64,000 bases of DNA from Candidatus Latescibacterota bacterium (GTDB lineage Bacteria; Latescibacterota; UBA2968), in NCBI GenBank assembly GCA_965116885.1, contig OZ220741.1, positions 2,080,001-2,144,000 of the forward strand, in the 5' to 3' direction. How positions within the stretch are numbered: position 1 is the first letter of the stretch; every line of letters starts with the position of its first letter. The notes under the pieces were generated by a model, which was not told the origin of the DNA, made no database searches, and was given only the letters and a program-made list of their open reading frames with translations. Shown here piece by piece: positions 8,502 through 18,495 of this stretch. The position numbers were made by a program, and so were the translations under genes.

Positions 8502-8636
8502 TAGATTTGGGCAAATTTTAACGTATTTGTCAATGCTGTTTAACCATGTTTAAGCCTACAGTCTCGCAGAATCGATAGTGCTTTGGCGACTTCCTTCCCT
8601 TTTTGTTTGATGATATTGAAGCAGATCTTCGGGAGG

Positions 8637-8710
8637 CGACTCCCCTTGATATCGTTTTTTTGATATGAAAAAGGTCGTGGAATTTATTCCTCACGACCTT
8701 TTGTTTTTTT
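8637..8710 (+). repeat. degenerate copy of tRNA-Glu 3' segment and terminator (attR-like)
   Basis: cgactcccct...gatatgaaaaaggtcgtggaatttattcctcacgaccttttgttttt versus cgactcccct...gatatcaaaaaggtcgtgaggaataaaccctcacgaccttttgttttt at 2825-2910. Confidence 0.75.
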
Positions 8711-8735
8711 AGGCGACCAACATGTTTGGTGTGCT

Positions 8736-9740
8736 TCAGACGACTGCTGCTTCATCTATGGAAAAAAGATTTTGTTCAGAGTCAAGCGTTGCCTGGATGC
8801 CATTTGGAAGAATCATTTGAGGACTCGTATGCCCGATATCTACTTGTGTGAGAATGGGAAAATTAAATGCCGATGTATAATAACCGATCAATCCTTGCAG
8901 TAACTCTTCCTGGTCTTGAGATAGGTTGTTTACTTTTCCTATGATCAGACCAGAAATTTCTCTAAAAAGACCGATCTGCTGGCATTGTGCAAGGGCTTCC
9001 TCGGCATACATAAGAACCGTGTTTCCCATATTGACCTCTTCCAGATAAAGAATTTTACCGTGAAATGAAGGCCAAAATGGAGTACCATTCAATATCGGCA
9101 GGGTATGGAGATTGCCACCTATAAGAGGTCCTTGCGCTCTGCCACCTTTGAGCCAATGCCAACCAGCATTATTTTTCATTTTGCGCGGGCTGTTTTCATT
9201 GGGTGCATCATCTGTCCAGGTCTCCGGTGCTTCCAATGGTCCCGGGGCGGTTAGCGTAAACAGGACATCTTTTATACTTTCGAGTGTATAACTCAAGGGT
9301 TTCGGAAATTCGCTAAGACCGTTGAGCAGGGTTGGCCCGTGGAAAGTGACCATATTGAGACGGGCGTAGATGCCGAGTAGCAGGGCTGTATTCGCGCTGT
9401 ATCCCATCAAGATTTTGGGGGAACGCGCAATCAAATCCCAGTCGAGCAAGGGAAGGAGGGCATTGGTACCAGATCCTCCTGAGAGACAAAAAATCGCTTT
9501 GATGTCCGGGTCAGCAAATAGGTCGTGGAGATCATTGACACGCAATTGGGGGGCTGGATTCAAATGTTCGCGTTGATGGCGTGCGTTATTCGCTAATTGA
9601 ACTCTCAAACCGAGATCCTCAATAGCTGCTTGGGCACTGGAAAGCCAATTGTTAGCAAAAGAAAAAAATGAGGCAGCGGGCGAGGCAATCCCTACAGTAT
9701 CACCTGGTTTTAATCTCGGTGGTTTGATTATATTATTCAT
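8736..9740 (-). CDS. peptidase S66 (LD-carboxypeptidase/MccF-like)
   Basis: PPRLKPGDTVGIASPA, GGSG, MGYSANT (Ser), GGNL, ILYLEE (Glu), DIGHT (His). Start moved to ATG 9740. Confidence 0.9.
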   Translation of the reverse strand: MNNIIKPPRLKPGDTVGIASPAASFFSFANNWLSSAQAAIEDLGLRVQLANNARHQREHLNPAPQLRVNDLHDLFADPDIKAIFCLSGGSGTNALLPLLDWDLIARSPKILMGYSANTALLLGIYARLNMVTFHGPTLLNGLSEFPKPLSYTLESIKDVLFTLTAPGPLEAPETWTDDAPNENSPRKMKNNAGWHWLKGGRAQGPLIGGNLHTLPILNGTPFWPSFHGKILYLEEVNMGNTVLMYAEEALAQCQQIGLFREISGLIIGKVNNLSQDQEELLQGLIGYYTSAFNFPILTQVDIGHTSPQMILPNGIQATLDSEQNLFSIDEAAVV

Positions 9741-9756
9741 ACTCTGATATATCTGA

Positions 9757-9996
9757 TTAAAGCCTATCCTGTTCATCCGGCGGATCGACATCTGCTGCCT
9801 TTGCCATTGCAGATAGAAATTTCTCTTTGCCCCCGTGATTCCCACGCGCTTCAAGATATGTTTCGGTCGCAATAGCTGATGCTTTCTCGGCCACTGCCAG
9901 CATGATAAACTGTTCGAATGACATGCCTTCACGCTCGACAATATCACGGACTGTTGCGTGAAGCGAATCTGGTATGGTAATACTGATGGTTGTCAT
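9757..9996 (-). CDS. ribbon-helix-helix (CopG/HicB-like) antitoxin-family protein
   Basis: MTTISITIPDSLH..VR.I.EREG.S..QFI..AVAEK...YL..R pattern; no adjacent toxin visible. Confidence 0.75.
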   Translation of the reverse strand: MTTISITIPDSLHATVRDIVEREGMSFEQFIMLAVAEKASAIATETYLEARGNHGGKEKFLSAMAKAADVDPPDEQDRL

Positions 9997-10480
9997 AGTT
10001 GTTGTTCCATTTCTTTTTTGAAGATAAGATATTGCGTATATATTTTATGGGTGTGCATAAATTAGAAATCACACAACAATAGCCAGGACAGAAAGCCATC
10101 AGCCAAAACCATCACGCACAGCGCGTGAGACCGTTTCGCAGCGGATATTTTTATGGCATTCCAACTGTGCAGGCCACCGCATGATGTTCAGCCACTTGAG
10201 CAGTTTGCGCTGTGCAAGCCTCCCGGCGTTTGAGGGCGGCATTTTTGAACTGGCCTGAGGAACAGCCAGTTGTACCCCGCTCGCCTCCTTTTTTTTGCTG
10301 CTGAAAAAAAGGAGGTCGCCGCACGCCGCAGGCATGGCGTAGCCACACGCATGAAAAGAAAAATAGTAAAAAAACTCTATACGTCGTTGCACCACAACAA
10401 ATGAATTATCCACACCCTTCATATATTTAGCGCCTGAAAATAATACGCTATGTATATGTTTTTTGCAATAGGGTCGCGGT

Positions 10481-11119
10481 ATGAATAAGAAAAACGATGT
10501 CAGACCCATCGTGATTGGTGTTTCAGGAGGATCTGCCGCGGGCAAGACGACTTTTACGGATATGTTGGCCGATAGGCTCGCAGATTTTGGACCCGTCGTG
10601 CTCAATCAGGACAACTATTTCCGCGATTGGTCAGCGCTGCCAGAAGACGAGCGCGAGATCGAGCGGACGGCAAACCATCCGCGGGCTGTATTGTGGGAGC
10701 ATTTAATCGCGCATGTGAAATGTCTGCGCGAGGGACAGGCGATTGAAATGCCACCGCCCGGTACGCGCGCTTTTCGGCGGGGGGATGATCCCCAAAAGGT
10801 CGTGCCTGAGAGACTAATTATTGTGGAGGGGCACTTGATTTTTTCGCAAGAGACTCTGAGGTCTCTATTGGATATCAAGCTGTTTTTGGATGTGGATACA
10901 CACGAGCGGGTGCTCAGGCGCATGTTGCGGAATACGTCGAGTGGGATGTCGCTGGAAGATGCGGTGGCATGGTATCGTCGGGACGTTGTGCCCAATTATC
11001 GCGTCTATACAGAGCCGACGAGAGAGTACGCGGATTTGATCGTGCCGTTTGAAGGGGATGTGCAAGTAGCAGTAGATGTTGTGGCAAATGGCATACGGAG
11101 GATGATTCAACATAGATAG
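10481..11119 (+). CDS. udk: uridine kinase family protein
   Basis: IGVSGGSAAGKTT P-loop, QDNYF, IIVEG, LDIKLFLD, ADLIVP. Confidence 0.8.
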   Translation: MNKKNDVRPIVIGVSGGSAAGKTTFTDMLADRLADFGPVVLNQDNYFRDWSALPEDEREIERTANHPRAVLWEHLIAHVKCLREGQAIEMPPPGTRAFRRGDDPQKVVPERLIIVEGHLIFSQETLRSLLDIKLFLDVDTHERVLRRMLRNTSSGMSLEDAVAWYRRDVVPNYRVYTEPTREYADLIVPFEGDVQVAVDVVANGIRRMIQHR

Positions 11120-11192
11120 CAAGTATAGCTTGCCTCGCGTGTTTTCTGGTCGTAAATTTGTCTGTGATATGTTTGCGAGTCCATGAAAGGAG

Positions 11193-12029
11193 ATGATTAC
11201 TATGACCGTTCAATCCGATTGGGCTGTTCTCACAGATGAACAGCGGCAGTTTTTTGAGGACAATGGGTATCTCTTGATCGAAGACGCGCTGCCGCCCGAT
11301 GTGGTTGCCGAACTCAATGCGGCGGCTGATGAAATTTACGACCGGGAAAAGGCGGCTGGTGGTCTGGAGAAAACGGGCAAGCTCAATTTGCGGAATTGCA
11401 TCGTGCATCACGATGCTTTTCTTCAGTTGCTCGACTGGCCGGCCACGGCGCCTCTGGCGTGGCAGATTCTCAACTGGAATATCCAGATGATTACCTCGCA
11501 CCTCATTGTTTTGCCGTCTGGTCCAGAGCCTCCGGAAGAAGTGAAGCGCAAGGGCGGGTATCATCGCGATGGCGGTTCGTCTTCCCGGGAAATGACCGAA
11601 CCTCATCCGCGCATTTTGCTCAAAATTGCGTACGCCATCAGCGACCAGACAGATCCCGCATCGGGGGCGACGCAACTCGTGCCCGGGAGCAATCGGCTAT
11701 TTGGCAGGCCCGCGATTGATCCGGCAACGGGCCATCCGAGAGGGGCGATCAATATGAATGTCAAGGCGGGTTCGGCATTCATTTTTGAACAGCGCACGTA
11801 TCACGGCATTGGCAAAAACTGGTCGGGTTTTCCGCGCAAGACCATTTTTATGGGCTATGCGTATCGCTGGGTCAAGCCTATGGATTATATCAATATGCCC
11901 GATGAACTCGTTGCCCGCGCAAATCCCATTCAAAAACAACTCTTAGGTGCGGTCTCCGATCCGCTCAGTTTTTATATTCCGCAAGCACAAGATGTGCCGC
12001 TCAAAGAGCTTGTGGAAAATGGTGTTTGA
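11193..12029 (+). CDS. phytanoyl-CoA dioxygenase (PhyH) family Fe/2OG enzyme
   Basis: F.DNGYL.IEDAL, HRD, GAT.LVPGS, KAGSAFIF....YHG..N.S...R. Confidence 0.88.
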   Translation: MITMTVQSDWAVLTDEQRQFFEDNGYLLIEDALPPDVVAELNAAADEIYDREKAAGGLEKTGKLNLRNCIVHHDAFLQLLDWPATAPLAWQILNWNIQMITSHLIVLPSGPEPPEEVKRKGGYHRDGGSSSREMTEPHPRILLKIAYAISDQTDPASGATQLVPGSNRLFGRPAIDPATGHPRGAINMNVKAGSAFIFEQRTYHGIGKNWSGFPRKTIFMGYAYRWVKPMDYINMPDELVARANPIQKQLLGAVSDPLSFYIPQAQDVPLKELVENGV

Positions 12030-12030
12030 C

Positions 12031-12054
12031 GGGCGAAAAATTTTTCGCCCCTAC
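12031..12054 (-). repeat. GTAG-type REP-like hairpin between convergent genes
   Basis: Minus strand GTAG-GGGCGAAAAATTTTTCGCCC, overlapping the ilvD stop. Confidence 0.6.
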
Positions 12055-13757
12055 TCATCTGTAACACACCCCTCCGAAGCTGTTTTTACGTTTTTGATGT
12101 ATTTGTAAAGGGTGCCGCGGTTGGCTTTGTACAGCGGTTGGGCCCAGGCTGCGCGGCGTTTTTCGAGTTCTTCGGCAGAGACGTCCATGTTGATCTCGCC
12201 TTTTTGGCTGTCGATGGTGACCTGGTCGCCGGTTTGGACGAGGGCGATGGGTCCGCCTTCGATGGCTTCGGGAACGACGTGTCCGATGAGAAAGCCGTGC
12301 GATCCGCCCGAAAAGCGCCCATCGGTAATCAGCGCGACATCCTGTACCAATCCCGCGCCGGCCAATGCAGATGTGGGGGTGAGCATTTCCGGCATGCCGG
12401 GTCCGCCTTTGGGGCCTTCGTAGCGGATGATGATGACATTGCCTTTTTCGATTTTGCCCTGTTCGAGGGCGGCGAGCATGTCTTCCTCGCAGTCGAATAC
12501 GTTGGCCGCGCCTTTGAATACCTCGCCTTCTTTGCCCGTGATTTTTCCGACTGAACCTTCCGGTGCCAAATTCCCACGCAAAATTTGTAAGTGTCCCGTT
12601 GGCTTGATGGGGTCATTAAAGGGGCTTACGATGTCTTGCTGGCCTTCACCCGTGCCATAAGGAGGAAGGGCTTTTATGTCGGCGAGATTTTCGGCAATTG
12701 TTTTGCCCGTTACTGTCATCTGGTCGCCGTCGATGAGGTCGGCGTCGAGGAGCAATTTCATCATTGCGGGTGTCCCGCCGATGTCGTGAAGCTCTTCCAT
12801 GACGTAACGCCCAGAGGGTTTGAGGTCACACAGGAGGGGCGTTTCGTTGGATATGTGTTGAAATTCGTCGATGTCGAGGTCTATGTCATAAGCTCTGGCA
12901 ATGGCGAGCAGGTGGAGCACGATATTGGTGGAGCCGCCCGTGACAACGGCGAGGCGGATGGCGTTGAGGAAGGATTGTTTGGTGACGATGTCGCGCGGTT
13001 TGAGGTCGGCTTCGAGCAGGGCGCGAACGGCGTGACCGGCGTGGACACATTCGGCGTGTTTGTCGGGGTCTTCGGCAGGTGTGCAGGAGGAATAGGGCAG
13101 AGAGAGGCCCATGCATTCGATGGCGCTGGCCATGGTATTGGCGGTGTACATGCCACCGCAAGCACCGGCACCCGGGCAGGCGTGTTCGACGATTTCCTGG
13201 CGTTCGGCATCGCTTAGCGAGTCTGTGAGAAATTCGCCGTAGCTTTGAAAGGCAGAGACGATGTCGAGTTTGCGTTCTTCACCTTGAATGGTGGCGCAGC
13301 CGGGTTTGATGGTGCCGCCGTAGATCATCAGGGCAGGGCGGTTGAGGCGGCCCATTGCCATGACCACGCCGGGCATGTTTTTGTCGCAGCCGGGCAGCGC
13401 GATCAGGCCATCGTACCATTGCGCGCCCATGAGGGTTTCGATGGAGTCGGCTATGAGGTCGCGGGATTGAAGGGAGAAGGACATGCCGTCTGTGCCCATG
13501 GATATGCCGTCGGATACGCCGATGGTGTTGAAGCGCATGCCAACGCACCCGGCTTCGGTGACGCCTTTTTTTGTTTCTGCGGCGAGGTCGTTGAGGTGCA
13601 TGTTGCATGGGTTGCCTTCATACCAGACCGAGGCAATGCCGACCTGCGCTTTTTCCATGTCGGCGCGTGTCAGTCCGGTGGCATAGAGCATGGCCTGAGA
13701 TCCACCCTGGGATTTTTTTTGGGTGATTTGTGAGCTATACTTATTCAGTTTTGCCAT
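12051..13757 (-). CDS. ilvD: dihydroxy-acid dehydratase
   Basis: [56 protein letters not shown]. Confidence 0.97.
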   Translation of the reverse strand: MAKLNKYSSQITQKKSQGGSQAMLYATGLTRADMEKAQVGIASVWYEGNPCNMHLNDLAAETKKGVTEAGCVGMRFNTIGVSDGISMGTDGMSFSLQSRDLIADSIETLMGAQWYDGLIALPGCDKNMPGVVMAMGRLNRPALMIYGGTIKPGCATIQGEERKLDIVSAFQSYGEFLTDSLSDAERQEIVEHACPGAGACGGMYTANTMASAIECMGLSLPYSSCTPAEDPDKHAECVHAGHAVRALLEADLKPRDIVTKQSFLNAIRLAVVTGGSTNIVLHLLAIARAYDIDLDIDEFQHISNETPLLCDLKPSGRYVMEELHDIGGTPAMMKLLLDADLIDGDQMTVTGKTIAENLADIKALPPYGTGEGQQDIVSPFNDPIKPTGHLQILRGNLAPEGSVGKITGKEGEVFKGAANVFDCEEDMLAALEQGKIEKGNVIIIRYEGPKGGPGMPEMLTPTSALAGAGLVQDVALITDGRFSGGSHGFLIGHVVPEAIEGGPIALVQTGDQVTIDSQKGEINMDVSAEELEKRRAAWAQPLYKANRGTLYKYIKNVKTASEGCVTDE

Positions 13758-13857
13758 TGAAGATTTCCTTTCGCAGATGAAACTTTGGGTTTGTATTATT
13801 TTTTCGAGGTTGTAATTTAACCGAATTGTGGGAAGCGTGTCAACAAGGGTGTGGGAT

Positions 13858-14367
13858 ATGGAATATGTGTTACCGGATTATTTGCGCGTGGGGCTGAATC
13901 TGGTGTTTGTGGGGTTTAATCCGAGCTTGAGGTCTGCGGAAGTTGGTTATTATTACGCGGGGCGAGGCAATCAGTTTTGGCCGTTTTTGTACGAGGCCGG
14001 GCTGACAGATCGCTTGTTGGAGCCGAGGGAAGATGCGACTATTTTGAATTATAATATCGGGCTGACAGATATTGTGAAGGGGCGCGCGACGCGGGGGATT
14101 GGAGATTTGACGGATGGCGATTATGTGTCGGGTTTTGAATTGTTGCGAGAAAAAATGCGGAGGTATCGACCCCGGGTGATTTGTTTTAATGGGAAGAGCG
14201 GATATGCCAAAGTGATGGGTGAGAAGCGAGAGTACGGTTTGCAAGATGAGATGCTGGAAGGCGCGAAGCTGTTTCTCGCACCGTCAACGAGCGGTGCGCT
14301 GCCTATGCCGAGGGTTGAGAAATTGCGGTATTATCGAGCGTTGAAGTTTTTTGTTGATAACCTGTGA
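13858..14367 (+). CDS. mug: G/U mismatch-specific DNA glycosylase
   Basis: [29 protein letters not shown]. Start set to ATG 13858. Confidence 0.88.
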   Translation: MEYVLPDYLRVGLNLVFVGFNPSLRSAEVGYYYAGRGNQFWPFLYEAGLTDRLLEPREDATILNYNIGLTDIVKGRATRGIGDLTDGDYVSGFELLREKMRRYRPRVICFNGKSGYAKVMGEKREYGLQDEMLEGAKLFLAPSTSGALPMPRVEKLRYYRALKFFVDNL

Positions 14368-14377
14368 AGGAGTGAAG

Positions 14378-15787
14378 ATGAAGCGACCGAATATTTTGTT
14401 TGTGATGACCGATGACCACACGCCGCGCGAGATGAGCAGTTATGGCAATCCGATTTTGCATACGCCCAATCTGGACCGCATTGGGAATGAGGGTACGCGG
14501 TTTAACAATTGTTTTTCGACTAACGCACTGTGCGCGCCTGCGCGGGGTACGGTGCTGACGGGATGTTTTTCACATGTCCACGGTATTCGGGGAAATTCCG
14601 AGAGGGCCGATGCGATTGAGAATCTGGATCCGAATGTGCCGACGTTTCCCGAGTTGCTTCGCGATGCGGGATATAAGACCGCGTTGTTTGGCAAGTATCA
14701 TATCCGGCAGGATCCGCGTGGATTTGATACGTGGTGTATTCATCCGGGGCAGGGTGTGTATTTTGACCCGACGTATATCGATAATGGGAAAGAGGTGCAA
14801 AAGGAGGGGTATGCCACGGATATAACGACGGATATGGCACTTGAATTTTTGAAGGGGTTGGATGGTGAGCAGCCCTTTTGTCTGGTGTATCAGTTTAAGG
14901 CGCCGCATCGACCGTTTACGCCAGCCCCCCGGCACGCGCATCTTTTTGAGGATGTTGAGATTCCCCAGCCGGAGACGTATGGCGATGATTTTGCGACGCG
15001 GAAGATTGCGGCTCTGGCCGAAGATATGAAGTTTGATATTAGTCTGGCGCCCGATTATGACGATATACCCGAGGGCTTGAGTGAAGGGGAAAAGAAGGAC
15101 TGGATTTACCAGCGTTTTATGAAGGATCGGTATCGCACGATTTACGGTGTGGATGAAAATCTGGGGCGGGTGCTGGATTATCTGGATGAGACGGGTTGGG
15201 CTGACGATACCCTGGTGATTTACACATCGGATCACGGGTATTTTTTGGGCGATTACGGATGGTACGACAAGCGGTTTATGTACGAGCCGTCAATTCGCAT
15301 TCCGCTGGTGGTGCGTTATCCAAATGGGGGTATAAGCGGCAATGTGACCGATGCGCTGGTGATGAATGTGGATTTTGCGCCGACGATTCTGGATTTTGCG
15401 GGTGTTGAAATTCCCGAAGGTGTGCAGGGCGAGAGTTTGCGTCCGTTGCTCCAGGGGACAGAGCCGGATGATTGGCGCAGGTCTGTTTATTACGCTTATT
15501 TTGAAGATTCATGGGTGCTGCACGGCAAGGGGGCAGAGGCGATGTCAGAGCCGTCGTTCCAGTATTTTACGCCGCACCGCATTGGCCCGCACCGCGGTGT
15601 GCGTACAGACCGCTACAAGCTGATTGAATATTATGCCGAGGGCGATTACTGGGAGTTGTTCGATTTGCAAGAGGATCCCAATGAATTGCGAAATGTGTAC
15701 GATGACGCCGCGTACGCAGATTTGGTGGCGGAATTGAAGGCTGAGTTGAGGAGGTTGCAGGTGCAGTATGGGGATTTGGGTGTGTGA
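14378..15787 (+). CDS. sulfatase (Cys-type)
   Basis: RPNILFVMTDD, LCAPARGTVLTG (CxPxR), GKYH, YTSDHG, YEPSIRIPL. Confidence 0.93.
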   Translation: MKRPNILFVMTDDHTPREMSSYGNPILHTPNLDRIGNEGTRFNNCFSTNALCAPARGTVLTGCFSHVHGIRGNSERADAIENLDPNVPTFPELLRDAGYKTALFGKYHIRQDPRGFDTWCIHPGQGVYFDPTYIDNGKEVQKEGYATDITTDMALEFLKGLDGEQPFCLVYQFKAPHRPFTPAPRHAHLFEDVEIPQPETYGDDFATRKIAALAEDMKFDISLAPDYDDIPEGLSEGEKKDWIYQRFMKDRYRTIYGVDENLGRVLDYLDETGWADDTLVIYTSDHGYFLGDYGWYDKRFMYEPSIRIPLVVRYPNGGISGNVTDALVMNVDFAPTILDFAGVEIPEGVQGESLRPLLQGTEPDDWRRSVYYAYFEDSWVLHGKGAEAMSEPSFQYFTPHRIGPHRGVRTDRYKLIEYYAEGDYWELFDLQEDPNELRNVYDDAAYADLVAELKAELRRLQVQYGDLGV

Positions 15788-15789
15788 AG

Positions 15790-17202
15790 CTACTTTTTGG
15801 GCATGTACACGTCGGTGGCGGAGCCGAGGTGGATTTCTGAGGCTATGCCGATGGATTCGACGAGTGAGGGGTGCGGGTGAATGGTGTGGGCAATGTCTTC
15901 GGCGACGGCAGCCATTTCAATGGCGAGTACGCCTTCGGCGATGAGGTCCCCCGCATGTGGTCCTACGATGCCCATGCCGAGTACGCGCTGGGTATAGGGA
16001 TCGACAATGAGCTTGGTCTGACCTTCGATGCGCCCAATTGCATGCGCTTTGCCCAGGGCGGCCCAGGGGAAGCGCACGATATCGACTTTTCGGTCTTGTT
16101 CGCGGGCGTCGGTTTCGGTCAGGCCCACCCAGGCAATTTCGGGATCGGTGTACACGACAGAGGGTATGAGTGCGTCAAAAGACGCGGGTTCACCGGCGAG
16201 AACTTCGGCGGCGATTTTGCCTTCGTGCGCGGCTTTGTGGGCAAGGCCGGGACCCGGAACGGCATCGCCGATTGCAAAGAGGCGGGGATCGTTTGTACGC
16301 ATCTGCGAATCGACTTCGATGAATCCCTGATCATTGGGTTCAATGTCCGTGTTTTCAAGGCCGATATTGTCTGTATTTGGGCGTCGGCCAATGCAGAGGA
16401 GGACGCGGTCGAATATTTCGGATGTTTTCGATTCTTCGCCTTCCCAGTGTACTTCAATGCCGGTGTTGACTTCTTCGATATGCGTGACGCGCGTGCGGGT
16501 GTGTATGGCGCTGAATGCCTGACGCAATCGGGTTTCGAGGGGTTTGATTAGATCGGGGTCGGTGCCGGGCAAGAGGGTATCGGTCATTTCGACGACTGTG
16601 ACGGCGCTTCCCAATGCGGCGTAAACACTGCCGAGTTCGAGACCGATGATGCCTCCGCCAACGACGAGAAGGCTTTTGGGTATTTCGTCGAGGTCGAGTG
16701 CTGTTGTCGAGTCCAGGATGCGCGGTGTGTCGAGCGCGAAAATTGGGAGGGAAATTGGGCGTGACCCCGTGGCGATGATGGCGTGTTCAAATTCTACGCG
16801 GTCGATATCCCCTTCGCCTGTGATAGACGCGCTTTGCGAATTCTCGAATTGCGCGTAGCCCGTCAGGTGGGTAACCTTGCGCTGGCGCACCAGACCAGAC
16901 AGACCGGTCGAGAGGCGGGTGATGATGTTGTCTTTCCAGCCGCGCAGGGCGTCCAGATCGATTTTGGGATCGCCAAAGGTGAGGCCATAAGTTCTGGCTT
17001 CACTGGCTTCGGTGATGAGTTCTGCAACGTGGAGCAGGGCTTTGGATGGGATGCACCCGCGCAATAAGCAGGTGCCACCGAGGTTGTCATCGGCATTGAC
17101 GAGGGTAACTTGCAGACCCAGGTCAGCAGCGCGAAAGGCCGCAGTATATCCGCCGGGACCGCCGCCGATTACGAGGAGATCGGTTTTGTGCGTTTCAGCC
17201 AT
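15790..17202 (-). CDS. lpdA: dihydrolipoamide dehydrogenase (E3)
   Basis: GGGPGGY, GGTCLLRGCIPSK, GGGIIGLE, HPHPSL. Confidence 0.97.
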   Translation of the reverse strand: MAETHKTDLLVIGGGPGGYTAAFRAADLGLQVTLVNADDNLGGTCLLRGCIPSKALLHVAELITEASEARTYGLTFGDPKIDLDALRGWKDNIITRLSTGLSGLVRQRKVTHLTGYAQFENSQSASITGEGDIDRVEFEHAIIATGSRPISLPIFALDTPRILDSTTALDLDEIPKSLLVVGGGIIGLELGSVYAALGSAVTVVEMTDTLLPGTDPDLIKPLETRLRQAFSAIHTRTRVTHIEEVNTGIEVHWEGEESKTSEIFDRVLLCIGRRPNTDNIGLENTDIEPNDQGFIEVDSQMRTNDPRLFAIGDAVPGPGLAHKAAHEGKIAAEVLAGEPASFDALIPSVVYTDPEIAWVGLTETDAREQDRKVDIVRFPWAALGKAHAIGRIEGQTKLIVDPYTQRVLGMGIVGPHAGDLIAEGVLAIEMAAVAEDIAHTIHPHPSLVESIGIASEIHLGSATDVYMPKK

Positions 17203-17216
17203 GTGATTTCTCCAGT

Positions 17217-18470
17217 TTATCCGCCCATGAGCATGAGTTCCGGGTTTTCGAGCGCATCGACGATTTTTCGCATAAATCGCGCGCCGTCGGCGCCGTCAAT
17301 GACGCGGTGATCATAAGAGAGTGCCAGAGGCATGATGAGGCGGGGTTCGATGCGGCCCTCGCGCACGGTGGCTTCTTCTCTTGCGCGTCCAAATCCCAAT
17401 ATCGCAACTTCGGGGTGATTGACGATGGGGGTAAATTCGCCCACGCCCAGGCTACCCAGATTGGTGACGGTGAATGTGCCGCCTTGTAATTCGTCGAGGC
17501 CGATTTTGCTGGTGCGAGCGCGGTCGCTGATGTCGCCGAGTTCGAGAGCCAATTCCAGGATGTCTTTGCGATCGACGTCTTTGATGACGGGAACGAGTAA
17601 GCCGCGCTCGGTGTCAACGGCGATGCCGAGGTTGTAGTAGTGTTTGAGAATAATTTCATTGGCGCCTGTATCGAGGCTGGCGTTGAATTGCGGAAAGGTC
17701 TTGAGCGAGGTGATGATTGCTTTTAGCGCGAGGACAGTTGGCGTCAGTTTGGCTCCCAGTGCTTCGGCTTTTTCTTTGTTGCGCTGCCGAAATGCTTCGA
17801 GGTCTGTGACGTCTGCGCGATCAAATTGCGTGACATGAGCCACCTGTTGCCAGGCCTGGCTCATATTTTTTGCTATAATTTGCCGAACTTTGCTGAGGGG
17901 TTGGCGCTCGATGTTGCCCCATCTCGAGAAGTCGGGCAATTCGACGGGTGCGGTTGGTGCAATACCACCTGTTTGCCGGTCGCGCACAGCGGCTTTGATA
18001 TCGTCTTGTGAGATGCGGCCACCCGGTCCAGAGCCAGCGACCTGTGTGAGATCTACACCGAGCTCTCGCGCGAGCCGCCGCGTGGATGGGGCTGCGGGAA
18101 TGGGGTCGCCGTTGGACGCGGGTGCAGGTGGTCTGGGTGCGGGAGGTGTTGGCTCGGGTGCTCTGGGTTCGGGTTCTTCTTTTGGTGCAGGGGTTGGTGC
18201 TTCGGCTTCCGGCTCTTCTGGGACGGATTTTTCACCTTCTTCAACGGAGATCAATAAACTGCCCACGGGCACGCGGTCTCCGGCACTAATGTGTATTTTT
18301 GTGATGGTGCCAGCAACACTGCTGGGTACTTCAACGAGGGCTTTGTCGGTTTCGAGTTCGACTACGCTTTGATCGATTTCAACGGTGTCGCCCTCGGCAA
18401 CGAGTACGCTGACTACATCGCCAGCTTCTACACCTTCGCCGAGATCGGGAAGTTTAAATTCGGTTGCCAC
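17217..18470 (-). CDS. aceF: pyruvate dehydrogenase E2 with a single lipoyl domain
   Basis: ETDKA lipoyl motif, Pro/Ala/Glu linker, E3-binding GSGPGGRI, DHRVIDG. Confidence 0.93.
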   Translation of the reverse strand: MATEFKLPDLGEGVEAGDVVSVLVAEGDTVEIDQSVVELETDKALVEVPSSVAGTITKIHISAGDRVPVGSLLISVEEGEKSVPEEPEAEAPTPAPKEEPEPRAPEPTPPAPRPPAPASNGDPIPAAPSTRRLARELGVDLTQVAGSGPGGRISQDDIKAAVRDRQTGGIAPTAPVELPDFSRWGNIERQPLSKVRQIIAKNMSQAWQQVAHVTQFDRADVTDLEAFRQRNKEKAEALGAKLTPTVLALKAIITSLKTFPQFNASLDTGANEIILKHYYNLGIAVDTERGLLVPVIKDVDRKDILELALELGDISDRARTSKIGLDELQGGTFTVTNLGSLGVGEFTPIVNHPEVAILGFGRAREEATVREGRIEPRLIMPLALSYDHRVIDGADGARFMRKIVDALENPELMLMGG

Positions 18471-18495
18471 GAGACCTCCTTAATCGCGGATTGAG

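Larger units (their letters stand above)
2846..8710. mobile_element. AT-rich defence island at tRNA-Glu, no integrase
   Basis: Abrupt shift to AT-rich sequence; five co-oriented defence/TA genes; degenerate direct repeat of tRNA 3' segment plus terminator at 2825-2910 and 8637-8710. Confidence 0.75.

Noticed and set aside
8736..9947. 403-aa S66 ORF as given in the track
   Set aside because: The N-terminal extension overlaps the RHH gene in another frame; S66 homology begins at ATG 9740.
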